IMG/VR virus record: IMGVR_UViG_3300046000_002502 | Location: 1-45,817 of that record | Strand: one strand, 5' to 3' | DNA length: 45,817 nucleotides | Origin: a virus | Lineage: Duplodnaviria > Caudoviricetes | Shown here: positions 33,423-41,563 of the stretch, in pieces | How positions within the stretch are numbered: the stretch's first letter is position 1 | How the letters are laid out: each line of letters opens with the position of its first letter | Made by a program: the position numbers and the translations under genes | Notes under the pieces: model-generated | Database searches by the model: none | What the model was told of the DNA's origin: nothing | What the model saw: only the letters and a program-made list of their open reading frames with translations

Positions 33423-35597
33423 TCAGTCGATGCTGCCCGTAACCCGAAGCCCCTGCATCTTGGTTCCCTTGTCCCGCATCTCATAGCTGAGGACGCCGTT
33501 CTGGAGCCAAGTCTGGATCATCAGCTCGGCTGTCTTTTCAGCCACGTCGAACTGCTGCTTGATGATCGACGAGGCATAGCGACCCTGCTTGCGGGACTGC
33601 GGCATTGACGACCAGGGCTTGCCGATGTTCCACGCCGAGCCGATCGCCTCAAGGATCGTGCGGCATGTCGCCTTGTCTGGCCACGCACCTTTGTCTCTGG
33701 TCGGCTCGTCGCAGGCACGGGCAAATAGGCTGGTGGTGCCCTTGATGTCGCCGACCGACTGCTCGACCATCTCGAACGCCTGCTTCCAGCCATCCTGCGC
33801 CGCCTTGATCTTGCGCGCCGTCAGGTAGCCGATCTTCTCACCCTGCTCCCGCTCAATCAACAGCAGGAAGTCACCGGCGCCGTCGAAGACGCTAGAGCCA
33901 CGCAGATTGCCCGCACGGCTAGTGTGGTGGACGCCGGTGACCGTGGCGCTGAATATCTCGCGCAGCGCGTCACAGGCCCGGATGAACAGCGTCATGTCCT
34001 TTTGAAGGTTCTCGTCTGCACCTGGCAGCACTCTGGAGACGGTGTCGACGTAAACGGCGACAGGGAACTCGCCCGTCTGATCCACGATCGTCTGAACCGT
34101 GCGGATCAGCTTGTCGACGTCCTTCTCATCCATGAAGTTGATGGACTGCCGGATTAGGTAGAACGGCGCGTCATCAGCCTTCACCCCGAGTGCTGTCTCC
34201 CATGCCCGCAGTCTGAACTTCATGTCGCCGACGCCCTCGGACGAGATGTAGATCACTGGGCCGCTACGGTTGATCTTCCTGTTCCACCACTGGTCAAGGC
34301 CACAGGCGATTGAGAGGGCTTGACCTATAGCGATGAACGACTTGCCGCAGCCGGGAGCTCCAAAGATGAACCCTAGGGCGTTCTCGATCATGATCGTCTC
34401 AACCAGCCACGTCGGATCTGGCAAGGTCTTGATCCCCTTCACGTCGAGAATCTCAAAGACGTTGAGGTCTGCGCCGAATTCAGCCTCTGCATCACTATTG
34501 GCATCTGATCCCCCGTTTCCCCCGTTCTCCCCCGTTCTTCCCCCGTCCTCTTCCCCGTTCCCCCGATCTTGTTTCCCCGACCCATAAGACGGGGTAGCTT
34601 CTCTCAGGGGTAATGGCGCCTCAGCATGGCGACAGACTTTGTCATCCCATTGATCGAAGGCGTGCTTGAGCTTTTGGCGCAGCAGCGAAATGCCGCGCCC
34701 CTCACGCTCCAGCAAGATGTGATTGGGCGTGCCGCGCTCAACGATGCGGGACTTGGTTGCTGTTTCGTATTTCGTAAACAGCATTCGCAGGATGTTGTCC
34801 TCATCCGCCTTCGAAGGCTTGATCGGGCACTGACGATACTCATCGACGACGCGACCCCAGACCATGCGGGTCATGTACTCTTCGCGCCCGTCTATGATGC
34901 GCCCGAACTCGTTCTTCGCCATCTCAGGCGTCTGTGTTTTCTCAGCCGGTCCCGACGCAGTCGTCGAGCCGCCGCCGTAGGTCTTCACAAGTGCGTCGAT
35001 CTCGCCGCACAGCCATTGCGGCGCCATCGAGATCTCCATCTCCCACGGCTCAAGCCCTGCGTCCCACTTGTAGGGCGTGCCGCTTTCGTGCATCGACGGC
35101 GGCAGCATTGCGAAGCCACCCTGGCCGCGGATGTCTACCCCGATGCTGGTCTTACAGGTGGGAGGCGTCCATCCTGCGGGCGCCTGAAACAAGATCTGCT
35201 TCCCGCCGCCGCCGGTAGTCTGGCGAGGCGTCTCAATGTCGCCGCCCATATTGTGAAGGGCCAGAAGCCCGTCCCACCATGTGGCAGCCGCAGGGTTCTT
35301 ATGCAGGTCGAGGTCGATCATGAATACATTGCCTGAGCACTGGCCCGTGATCATGCCCATATTGTTGCGGCGTGCGTGCTCACCCTGCTCGCCATACCAA
35401 CGCTCAAAGGTGAGATCCGGCGCAAGCTCGTGCTCTAACGCACGCCACTTAGGAAGCGCAGGGCGCTTCCACTGCGTGCGGTTCTCTGACGGCGTCATAG
35501 CTGGCACGACCTGAAGGCCAGCATCTCTGTACATCCGCGCCCACTCTGTGGGATCGGCGAAGTCGGGGTCAAATTGCTGCACTGATTTCGCGCTCAT
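33423..35597 (-). CDS. bifunctional primase-polymerase (Prim-Pol) fused to RecA-like AAA helicase
   Basis: IDLD, TTGGGGKQILF, IDIRG-like VDIRGQGGFAMLPPS; Walker A GAPGCGKS, YISSEG, VYVDT, VHHT. Confidence 0.9.
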   Translation of the reverse strand: MSAKSVQQFDPDFADPTEWARMYRDAGLQVVPAMTPSENRTQWKRPALPKWRALEHELAPDLTFERWYGEQGEHARRNNMGMITGQCSGNVFMIDLDLHKNPAAATWWDGLLALHNMGGDIETPRQTTGGGGKQILFQAPAGWTPPTCKTSIGVDIRGQGGFAMLPPSMHESGTPYKWDAGLEPWEMEISMAPQWLCGEIDALVKTYGGGSTTASGPAEKTQTPEMAKNEFGRIIDGREEYMTRMVWGRVVDEYRQCPIKPSKADEDNILRMLFTKYETATKSRIVERGTPNHILLEREGRGISLLRQKLKHAFDQWDDKVCRHAEAPLPLREATPSYGSGKQDRGNGEEDGGRTGENGGNGGSDANSDAEAEFGADLNVFEILDVKGIKTLPDPTWLVETIMIENALGFIFGAPGCGKSFIAIGQALSIACGLDQWWNRKINRSGPVIYISSEGVGDMKFRLRAWETALGVKADDAPFYLIRQSINFMDEKDVDKLIRTVQTIVDQTGEFPVAVYVDTVSRVLPGADENLQKDMTLFIRACDALREIFSATVTGVHHTSRAGNLRGSSVFDGAGDFLLLIEREQGEKIGYLTARKIKAAQDGWKQAFEMVEQSVGDIKGTTSLFARACDEPTRDKGAWPDKATCRTILEAIGSAWNIGKPWSSMPQSRKQGRYASSIIKQQFDVAEKTAELMIQTWLQNGVLSYEMRDKGTKMQGLRVTGSID

Positions 35598-35612
35598 GTT
35601 TTATCTGACTAG

Positions 35613-36071
35613 TTAGAGGTTTTCCGCGCCATACTTTGCCAGCAGCGCGGCTTCTGCTCGGCCATGATGTTTCTTCAATCTAAAATTGTCTGAGGATGGC
35701 CAGTATTGTATCGCACGCGCTCGGGCTTGCTCTTTGTCTGACGACAGGGAATAGAACTTCTTCCACTTACCCGGCGTGACCAGAACCATCGGGATCTGCA
35801 ACGCCGCGATCGTGCCGCGCGCCATTCCGTATGCGACACCAAAAGTAAAAGTTGATCGCACGCCCTGCTTGGGCATTGAATGCACCAGCTCGACCACAGC
35901 CAACATTGGTGCGAAGCCTTTGATCAGATCGGCGAGGGCTGCTGCGTCGATCTCGCCATTAGCAAGGGGAACGTCGAGAGACGCGATCTTCTGTGGATAC
36001 TCAGGGAAATAAAAAGCGACCGCGCCGGAATTGCCGGGGTCAACGCCCATGTAGCAAGCTGGATTGGTCAA
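35613..36071 (-). CDS. RuvC-like Holliday junction resolvase
   Basis: MGVDPGNSGA, VVELV, STFTFG, VTPGKWKK, GRAEAALLA. Confidence 0.85.
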   Translation of the reverse strand: MTNPACYMGVDPGNSGAVAFYFPEYPQKIASLDVPLANGEIDAAALADLIKGFAPMLAVVELVHSMPKQGVRSTFTFGVAYGMARGTIAALQIPMVLVTPGKWKKFYSLSSDKEQARARAIQYWPSSDNFRLKKHHGRAEAALLAKYGAENL

Positions 36072-36271
36072 GCTGCATTCCTCTTTTGTTTTCTGTCCAT
36101 CGCCTGAAAGTGCTCAGGCTTTATCCTACCCCTAGCGGCTGCGATGATCGCGAGACGCCACCTGTGGGGTACATGATTGCGTTGGCGCCATTTACGACGC
36201 GCCCAGTATTCGACCTCTAGCTTTTCAGCCAGCTTGTCTATGAGGTCCCAGTCGAGGTGATTTGTGCTCAT
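36068..36271 (-). CDS. small Cro-like HTH protein
   Basis: LAEKLEVEYWARRKWRQRNHVPHRWR; first gene of a divergent operon. Confidence 0.6.
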   Translation of the reverse strand: MSTNHLDWDLIDKLAEKLEVEYWARRKWRQRNHVPHRWRLAIIAAARGRIKPEHFQAMDRKQKRNAA

Positions 36272-36276
36272 TCGCA

Positions 36277-36358
36277 ATCGTTGGACATTTTATCCAATAA
36301 GTCAATTGGGTTGTTGGACAAAAATTCCCTTGACGTGCTTTTGGAAAAAGTCCAATCT
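36277..36358. promoter_or_regulatory. divergent promoters with TTGGAC-N5-GTCCAA-like operators
   Basis: Sites at 36281-97, 36314-30, 36339-55; -35 TTGACG at 36330 (+) and TTGACT at 36305 (-). Confidence 0.6.
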
Positions 36359-36386
36359 TTGCAAATCGAAAAAACATGAGAACCAA

Positions 36387-37133
36387 ATGAACCCATTCGA
36401 GCACTATAACATCCAACATTTGTCGCCGTCTTCATGCAATCTCTTCATCGGTTCTCCGGCTATGTATGTGCTAGAGCGCGTGATGGGAAAGAAGAGCAAA
36501 GTCGGCGCAGCAGCGCATCGTGGCAATGCTGTTGAAGAAGGTGTTGTGCACGGTCTTATGGGTGCAAGCGATGAAGAGGCAATCAAGAAAGCCAAGAGCA
36601 CGTTCGGTCGTTTGACTGCACTGAGCGGTGATCCCAGACGTGAGAAAGAAAGCAACAGCATTGAGGACATGGTAAAGCAAGGTCTGACCGAGCTTCGCCC
36701 ATATGGACCGCCGTCGTCGACGCAGGGCAAGATCGAATGGAAGGTCGAGGGGTTGATGGTTCCCTTCATCGGCTTCTACGACATCGCTTGGGACGACCAC
36801 GGCATCTTGCTCGACATTAAGACGACGCATGCGCTGCCGTCGCAGATCAAGATCAATCATGCCCGGCAAGTTGCTTTATATGCTGCTGCGCTTGGCAACA
36901 ACATCAGCCCGCGACTGTCGTATATAACGACGAAGAAGGTCGCGACATATACACTGGAGAACGTGGAGAGCCACGTACGTGCGCTGGAGCGCATTGCGCT
37001 CACGATACAAAGGTTTCTGTCGATCAGCAAAGACCCAAATGAGCTTGCCTCGTTGGTTGTGCCTGATATAGACAGCTTCTATTTTTCAGATCCCATGGCA
37101 CGTCAAGCAGCGTTTGAGGTGTGGGGTCTGTAG
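36387..37133 (+). CDS. PD-(D/E)XK exonuclease (RecB/Cas4-like fold)
   Basis: HLSPSS, RGNAVE, GFYD, LDIKTT, QVALY; likely start MNPF at 36387. Confidence 0.85.
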   Translation: MNPFEHYNIQHLSPSSCNLFIGSPAMYVLERVMGKKSKVGAAAHRGNAVEEGVVHGLMGASDEEAIKKAKSTFGRLTALSGDPRREKESNSIEDMVKQGLTELRPYGPPSSTQGKIEWKVEGLMVPFIGFYDIAWDDHGILLDIKTTHALPSQIKINHARQVALYAAALGNNISPRLSYITTKKVATYTLENVESHVRALERIALTIQRFLSISKDPNELASLVVPDIDSFYFSDPMARQAAFEVWGL

Positions 37134-37192
37134 GAATTGCCCGCGTGGGCGAAGGCGAGCGTTGAGCCAAATCAGCGCATTGTAAGTGGAGA

Positions 37193-37867
37193 ATGAAAAT
37201 GGCACTTGGATTTAATCTCGGTGGCGGCGGCGGTGGAAACTTCTTGCCGATCATCAAATACGACGCACGCGCTGGCCGCTTGTTTCGTGTTGATAGTGAA
37301 GACGGCGTTAAGACGTCAGTCGACATCACTCGCAACTTCAAAGCTGTCTTTGACTTTGATAACGTAGAGACTGGGTGGATTAAATTCGCTGCGGGATCTG
37401 CTCCTGAGTTCAAGATGGTTCCGTTAGGTTCTGACGAAGGCGAGAAGCCCTCTGACGAATACAAGCACGGCTTGCGCATGTGCGTGAAGCTGGGCGCTGA
37501 AGTTGGCGGCGACTGCCGTGAACTTGCAGGAACGTCTGTCGCATTCCTTGGCGGCGTTGATGCGCTCCACGATCTGTATGTGGCTGGTGTGAAGGAGAAC
37601 GCTGGTAAGCTGCCGGTCGTTGTTCTCGACGAGACTGTGCCGATCGAAAGCGGATCGGGTTCAAAGAAGTCAACCAACTATCGCCCTGTGTTCTCGATCG
37701 CGGCTTGGGTGTCGCGTCCGAAGGATCTCGTGGCAAGCTCACGCTCAGCAGCTCCTGCTGCTGCTGCACCAACCCCGAAGTCTATCCCACCGTCCACTGG
37801 CTCTACTCGTGCGGCTCCGCCCGCTCAGAAGCCTGCGCCCGTTGTCGATGAGGACGAGTTCGGTTGA
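37193..37867 (+). CDS. putative single-stranded DNA-binding protein
   Basis: Follows nuclease; beta-rich core (IKYDARAG, NYRPVFSIAAWVSRP), A/P linker, acidic tail DEDEFG. Confidence 0.65.
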   Translation: MKMALGFNLGGGGGGNFLPIIKYDARAGRLFRVDSEDGVKTSVDITRNFKAVFDFDNVETGWIKFAAGSAPEFKMVPLGSDEGEKPSDEYKHGLRMCVKLGAEVGGDCRELAGTSVAFLGGVDALHDLYVAGVKENAGKLPVVVLDETVPIESGSGSKKSTNYRPVFSIAAWVSRPKDLVASSRSAAPAAAAPTPKSIPPSTGSTRAAPPAQKPAPVVDEDEFG

Positions 37868-37873
37868 TTAAAC

Positions 37874-37893
37874 GGGGCGCCTTCGGGCGCCCC
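37874..37893 (+). other. UUCG hairpin after SSB gene
   Basis: GGGGCGCC-TTCG-GGCGCCCC. Confidence 0.6.
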
Positions 37894-37910
37894 ACATCAC
37901 CGGAGAGAAG

Positions 37911-38150
37911 ATGCACAAGTTTGAAGTTATCTTGAATATGCCTGTGCGTGAAGGACCTCTGGTTCATAGGATCATTGCTACACATCCTCTGCCTACTGCG
38001 GACGCATTCATGCGGCAACTCGTTGAGGCTGGGTACATTGTTGTTGATGAATGGTATCCAGACCCGCACACGCGAGTTTTAAAAAACCACGGACCAATAG
38101 CTTTTAATTACACAGTCGTCGCCAAAGTAAAACTCTGGGACGGTAAATAA
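37911..38150 (+). CDS. hypothetical protein
   Basis: 79-aa ORF with GGAG RBS. Confidence 0.7.
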   Translation: MHKFEVILNMPVREGPLVHRIIATHPLPTADAFMRQLVEAGYIVVDEWYPDPHTRVLKNHGPIAFNYTVVAKVKLWDGK

Positions 38151-38161
38151 GGGGGATCAAA

Positions 38162-38557
38162 ATGGAATACGAAAACATTATGCACTCGGCGAATGAGATG
38201 TTCGCTGATCGTGGCGCTCAATATGGCGACATGAAGGCAACACTCACACGCCAGGCGAAGATCGCTACTCTTATCCTTGGCAAGCCTGTCACGCCCTATG
38301 AGGTTGCAATGATCCTTCACGCAGTTAAACTGGGTAGGCTGGAAGGTCGCCGCAACAAAGCAGACACATACATTGATGGCATCAACTACTTTGCATTTGC
38401 GGCTTCCTTTGCAACAGCAGGAGACGAAACCCTAGAGGATGACATCGTCGCTATGGCAAGGCGACTAGCACCCCGCAAGCAGGAGAATGCGAATGTTCAA
38501 AACGGCAGTAGTGACAGCCGTCCTGATCTCGTTCACGATGACAGTAATCGCGAGTGA
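38162..38557 (+). CDS. DUF6378-like protein
   Basis: DRGAQYG...VAMILHAVKLGR...DTYIDGINYFA. Confidence 0.75.
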   Translation: MEYENIMHSANEMFADRGAQYGDMKATLTRQAKIATLILGKPVTPYEVAMILHAVKLGRLEGRRNKADTYIDGINYFAFAASFATAGDETLEDDIVAMARRLAPRKQENANVQNGSSDSRPDLVHDDSNRE

Positions 38558-39095
38558 GGAAACAGCAGCAGACTTTTTCCGCAAGGATAAAGAATACTGG
38601 AGTAAAGGATTGGTGGCGCCAGATACGCCGTCGTGGGCAGGATCCCTCAGCGTAGGGGCAATGTCTGACACAAGTAAGCAATCGGTCGCAAAGGCCGTTG
38701 CAAAAGAAGCCAAGGTTCGCCTCGGCGAGCAACACGTCAACACAGCTCTGCGGCTAACAAAGTTGGAGAGCGGTTTTAGGTGCCACGTTCTTGGGCCAAA
38801 GACGCGCCACGGACGGGCAGTAGGCCCACTACAGGTTCTACCCTCCAGCGCGCGTGCGTTGGGGATCCATAACCTCCATGGGGACTGCAAGGCGCAGATC
38901 ACAGCGGGCATTCTTCACATGGAGAAATGCCTGTCTGTTGGAGCAAGAACCTACTCGCAGATGGCGGCGTGTCATGTTGCGGGTTGGGGTGGATGGAACA
39001 AGCGTTTGACCCGCAAGGCTGAACGCTACAAGCAACAATACATTCGGATGGCAGCGGCATCTAATGTGCCGTCATGGGCAGGAGCACTTCGGTGA
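38487..39095 (+). CDS. lytic transglycosylase (SLT-like) with signal peptide
   Basis: LTKLESGF catalytic Glu, AVGPLQV motif, hydrophobic N-terminus. Confidence 0.8.
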   Translation: MRMFKTAVVTAVLISFTMTVIASEETAADFFRKDKEYWSKGLVAPDTPSWAGSLSVGAMSDTSKQSVAKAVAKEAKVRLGEQHVNTALRLTKLESGFRCHVLGPKTRHGRAVGPLQVLPSSARALGIHNLHGDCKAQITAGILHMEKCLSVGARTYSQMAACHVAGWGGWNKRLTRKAERYKQQYIRMAAASNVPSWAGALR

Positions 39096-39220
39096 TGATG
39101 GAATACCTGATGGTTTTACTTGTGGTGGTGGCGACTTTCGCCGCCACCTTGGCGTCCCTTTGGTCGGCCATAGCTATATGGCTAACGGTTGATTTGGTAT
39201 TGGAAAAACTTGGGAGGTAG
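39095..39220 (+). CDS. small membrane protein (41 aa; not in ORF track)
   Basis: MMEYLMVLLVVVATFAATLASLWSAIAIWLTVDLVLEKLGR; TGATG overlap; fills the gap. Confidence 0.55.
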   Translation: MMEYLMVLLVVVATFAATLASLWSAIAIWLTVDLVLEKLGR

Positions 39221-39222
39221 GG

Positions 39223-39750
39223 ATGGGGAAAAGAATTGAAGATTTTGACCTCATAACGCAAAAGATGTTGCGGATGTGGGAGAAAAACAAAACGGCAAAG
39301 CAGATCGGCGACGAGCTTGGTGTGACGAAGAACGCAGTTATAGGGCGAGTAACCAGAGCCCGCATGGCTGGATTACAATTAAATCGAGCATCGGTGATCA
39401 GGAAGAAAGTGTTCGAGTGGCCGTCGCCTGTGGCGAAACCTCATATGATTGCCAGAGAGCCCCAATCAAGGTGCGAGCCCCTATCAATCTTTGAGACGAC
39501 GACTCAAAAGAAGAGCAAAAGATCCATCACACTATTTCAGTTGAAGAGCACGTCATGCAGATACATCCTCAACGACGACCCGTATCACCCGATATACTGC
39601 GGCGCACCGAAAGAAAAGATCTCCTACTGTTGCGAGCATTACGCGCTTTGCTATCACGCGCCGTCGGTAGGGCCAAGAAAGAAGAGGCCGAAGAGGAAGG
39701 GGGGGATAGAGTACGGTGTTCGGGGTGGCATTACACTTTCGGATGGGTGA
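39223..39750 (+). CDS. gcrA: GcrA-like cell-cycle transcription regulator
   Basis: LRMWEKNKTAKQIGDELGVTKNAVIGRVTR HTH; LFQLKSTSCRY...YCG...YCCEH C-terminal domain. Confidence 0.85.
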   Translation: MGKRIEDFDLITQKMLRMWEKNKTAKQIGDELGVTKNAVIGRVTRARMAGLQLNRASVIRKKVFEWPSPVAKPHMIAREPQSRCEPLSIFETTTQKKSKRSITLFQLKSTSCRYILNDDPYHPIYCGAPKEKISYCCEHYALCYHAPSVGPRKKRPKRKGGIEYGVRGGITLSDG

Positions 39751-39932
39751 GGCGTTCTGATCTGGATGATGAGCTTTGCGGGTTCTGCTATGAAGACCCC
39801 GAGGGCACGATCATTGTCTCACCTGAGTTGCACCACAAGAACGGAATCTATTTAGACTGCAGAGAAGACCAACAAACAAAAGAGCTATACCTGTGCGTGA
39901 GCAAGATACCAAAAATCATGAAGACGAAATGA
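39747..39932 (+). CDS. hypothetical protein (start uncertain)
   Basis: 3' part of ORF 39555-39932; GTGA overlap with gcrA stop. Confidence 0.5.
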   Translation: MRRSDLDDELCGFCYEDPEGTIIVSPELHHKNGIYLDCREDQQTKELYLCVSKIPKIMKTK

Positions 39933-39953
39933 ATCGAACCAGCCAAGGATCTT

Positions 39954-40157
39954 GTGATGTTACTACAACTCAATCCTGCAATCCCAGTGATTACGCCTAA
40001 CGGCAAGGCGCTTGCCCATGTCCTGATCGACTACGGGCCAGAGTACGATCTTGTTTGGGTTTGTTTTGAAGAGAACAGCGAGTGCTGGTCTTGGAGGAAT
40101 CAGGACATCAAGGCCGATGCGAACATTACGTTTGGCCGCCCTAAGCTATCGAAATGA
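39954..40157 (+). CDS. conserved phage hypothetical protein
   Basis: LQLNPAIPVITPNGKALAHVLIDYGPEYDLVWVCF. Confidence 0.7.
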   Translation: MMLLQLNPAIPVITPNGKALAHVLIDYGPEYDLVWVCFEENSECWSWRNQDIKADANITFGRPKLSK

Positions 40158-40375
40158 GCGAGTACAAAGATGAACTTGGGAAAGTTTACGGCAGATTGAC
40201 TGTCGTCAATCGCGAATATCCCAAACGAACCTTCTTGCAGCGTCACCGGGCAATCTGGCGGGTGCGATGCAGCTGCGGAACCGAGATGACTGTTAGCGGC
40301 AACCTGCTGCGGCAGAGGATTTACAGAGAGTGCGGGACATGCGCACAGGCATGGGGGCAGAAAGATGAGCAATGA
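40154..40375 (+). CDS. small Cys-containing protein resembling the N-terminal repeat of HNH/AP2 endonucleases
   Basis: GKVYGRLTVV...WRVRCSCG...ECGTC; no nuclease domain follows. Confidence 0.6.
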   Translation: MSEYKDELGKVYGRLTVVNREYPKRTFLQRHRAIWRVRCSCGTEMTVSGNLLRQRIYRECGTCAQAWGQKDEQ

Positions 40376-40706
40376 TTTTGGAACACCTGACAGACCAAAA
40401 AACGTGCTGGAGGCTCAGTTCTGGGACTTCCACGAGGTCAACCCGCAGGTTTATTTGCTGTTCAGCATGTTTGCTACCGAGGCGGCTCTGGCTAACAGGG
40501 GGAGGTTTGGAGTAGGTGCGATCTTTGAACGGATGAGATGGTTTACGACCGTCGAGACACGCGGTGAAGAGTACAAGTTGAACAACAACTACCGGGCATA
40601 CTATGGGCGGCTGTGGATGCGCAATAACCCCGAGCATGATGGGTTTTTCTCTACAAGAACTTTGCTTGCAAAAAAAATAACGGTTGGAGAAACGGAAGAT
40701 GACTGA
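40365..40706 (+). CDS. conserved phage hypothetical protein
   Basis: FWDFHEVNPQVY...IFERMRW...YKLNNNYRAYYGRLWM. Confidence 0.7.
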   Translation: MSNDFGTPDRPKNVLEAQFWDFHEVNPQVYLLFSMFATEAALANRGRFGVGAIFERMRWFTTVETRGEEYKLNNNYRAYYGRLWMRNNPEHDGFFSTRTLLAKKITVGETEDD

Positions 40707-40908
40707 CGATCTTGTGAAGCGGCTGCGCGAATATTGTGATGGCAACAACGATCTGATGGATGCTGCCGCCGACCGCATCGAAGCATTGCAAGCGGCATTG
40801 CGGAAGATTGAAACCTTAGAACTAGACCCACGAAACTCAGGTCAAATGTGGGTCGAGGCGTTAAGGCAGATCGCCCGCAAAGCACTAGGGGAGAAGACAA
40901 ATGACTGA
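40699..40908 (+). CDS. hypothetical protein (MTDDLVKRLR family, copy 1)
   Basis: MTDDLVKRLRE...AAADRIEALQAALRKI...IARKALGEK. Confidence 0.7.
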   Translation: MTDDLVKRLREYCDGNNDLMDAAADRIEALQAALRKIETLELDPRNSGQMWVEALRQIARKALGEKTND

Positions 40909-41131
40909 TGATCTTGTGAAGCGTTTGCGGCGCGATTTAGCTTCAGGATTAAGCGCCAGCATTGGCGACACGAAAGACGCAGTCGACCACATCGAGAACT
41001 TACAATACGCCCTGCGCTCTATCGCTGAGACACCAATCGGCGCTGAGATACCTGACCGCACAACGATCTGGGGGTTGGCGGTCCACATGCGGGAGACTGC
41101 GACGGATGCGCTGAAGGATGGGAACAGATGA
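40901..41131 (+). CDS. hypothetical protein (MTDDLVKRLR family, copy 2)
   Basis: MTDDLVKRLRR...AVDHIENLQYALRSI. Confidence 0.7.
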   Translation: MTDDLVKRLRRDLASGLSASIGDTKDAVDHIENLQYALRSIAETPIGAEIPDRTTIWGLAVHMRETATDALKDGNR

Positions 41132-41316
41132 GCGATGACAAACTACAACTAATTTGCCGCTGCTGCGATACGATCTTTGACGTCTGCACTATGCCGACTG
41201 ACACAGATGCAGTGGTCAAAGCAATCAACGGATCAAAGTGTCCGACCTGTGAAACTAGCGGCAGGACGTCTCATTTGTACGTGGGAGGAAAGAAAGATGA
41301 GGAAGACAGAGCCTGA
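41128..41316 (+). CDS. small zinc-ribbon-like protein
   Basis: CRCC...CPTC. Confidence 0.6.
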   Translation: MSDDKLQLICRCCDTIFDVCTMPTDTDAVVKAINGSKCPTCETSGRTSHLYVGGKKDEEDRA

Positions 41317-41524
41317 ATGGACGCCTGAGCAGATCATCAAGGTCCGCCGGATATATCGAAGCGGAGGAACCATTCAGGACGCTATAGAGGCGCTCAGCAC
41401 GGACCTGAGCTACAAGGCCGTGCATACCAGGGCGTCAAAGCTTGGGATCAAGTTCGTGGCGATAAACCGAACGCACGATGGAAAGTCAAAGCTGATCTTG
41501 CAGGAGCACGGCATTGCTGAATGA
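41297..41524 (+). CDS. hypothetical HTH-like protein
   Basis: WTPEQIIKVRRIY...AVHTRASKLGI; GGAGG RBS before ATG at 41297. Confidence 0.6.
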   Translation: MRKTEPEWTPEQIIKVRRIYRSGGTIQDAIEALSTDLSYKAVHTRASKLGIKFVAINRTHDGKSKLILQEHGIAE

Positions 41525-41527
41525 GAA

Positions 41528-41552
41528 GGTCTGGCTTGCGCCAGACCCCTTT
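41528..41552. terminator. hairpin between convergent genes
   Basis: GGTCTGGC-TTGC-GCCAGACC followed by CCTTT. Confidence 0.6.
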
Positions 41553-41563
41553 ACTCAATTGCA

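Noticed and set aside
36264-36386. 5' extension of the nuclease ORF
   Set aside because: Overlaps the divergent promoter/operator region; MNPF at 36387 fits the domain start
36387-37133. Cas4-like nuclease as a CRISPR component
   Set aside because: It sits in a phage recombination context next to SSB, has no Fe-S Cys cluster and no array is nearby
40154-40375. Active homing endonuclease
   Set aside because: Only the short N-terminal-type motif is present; no HNH catalytic domain
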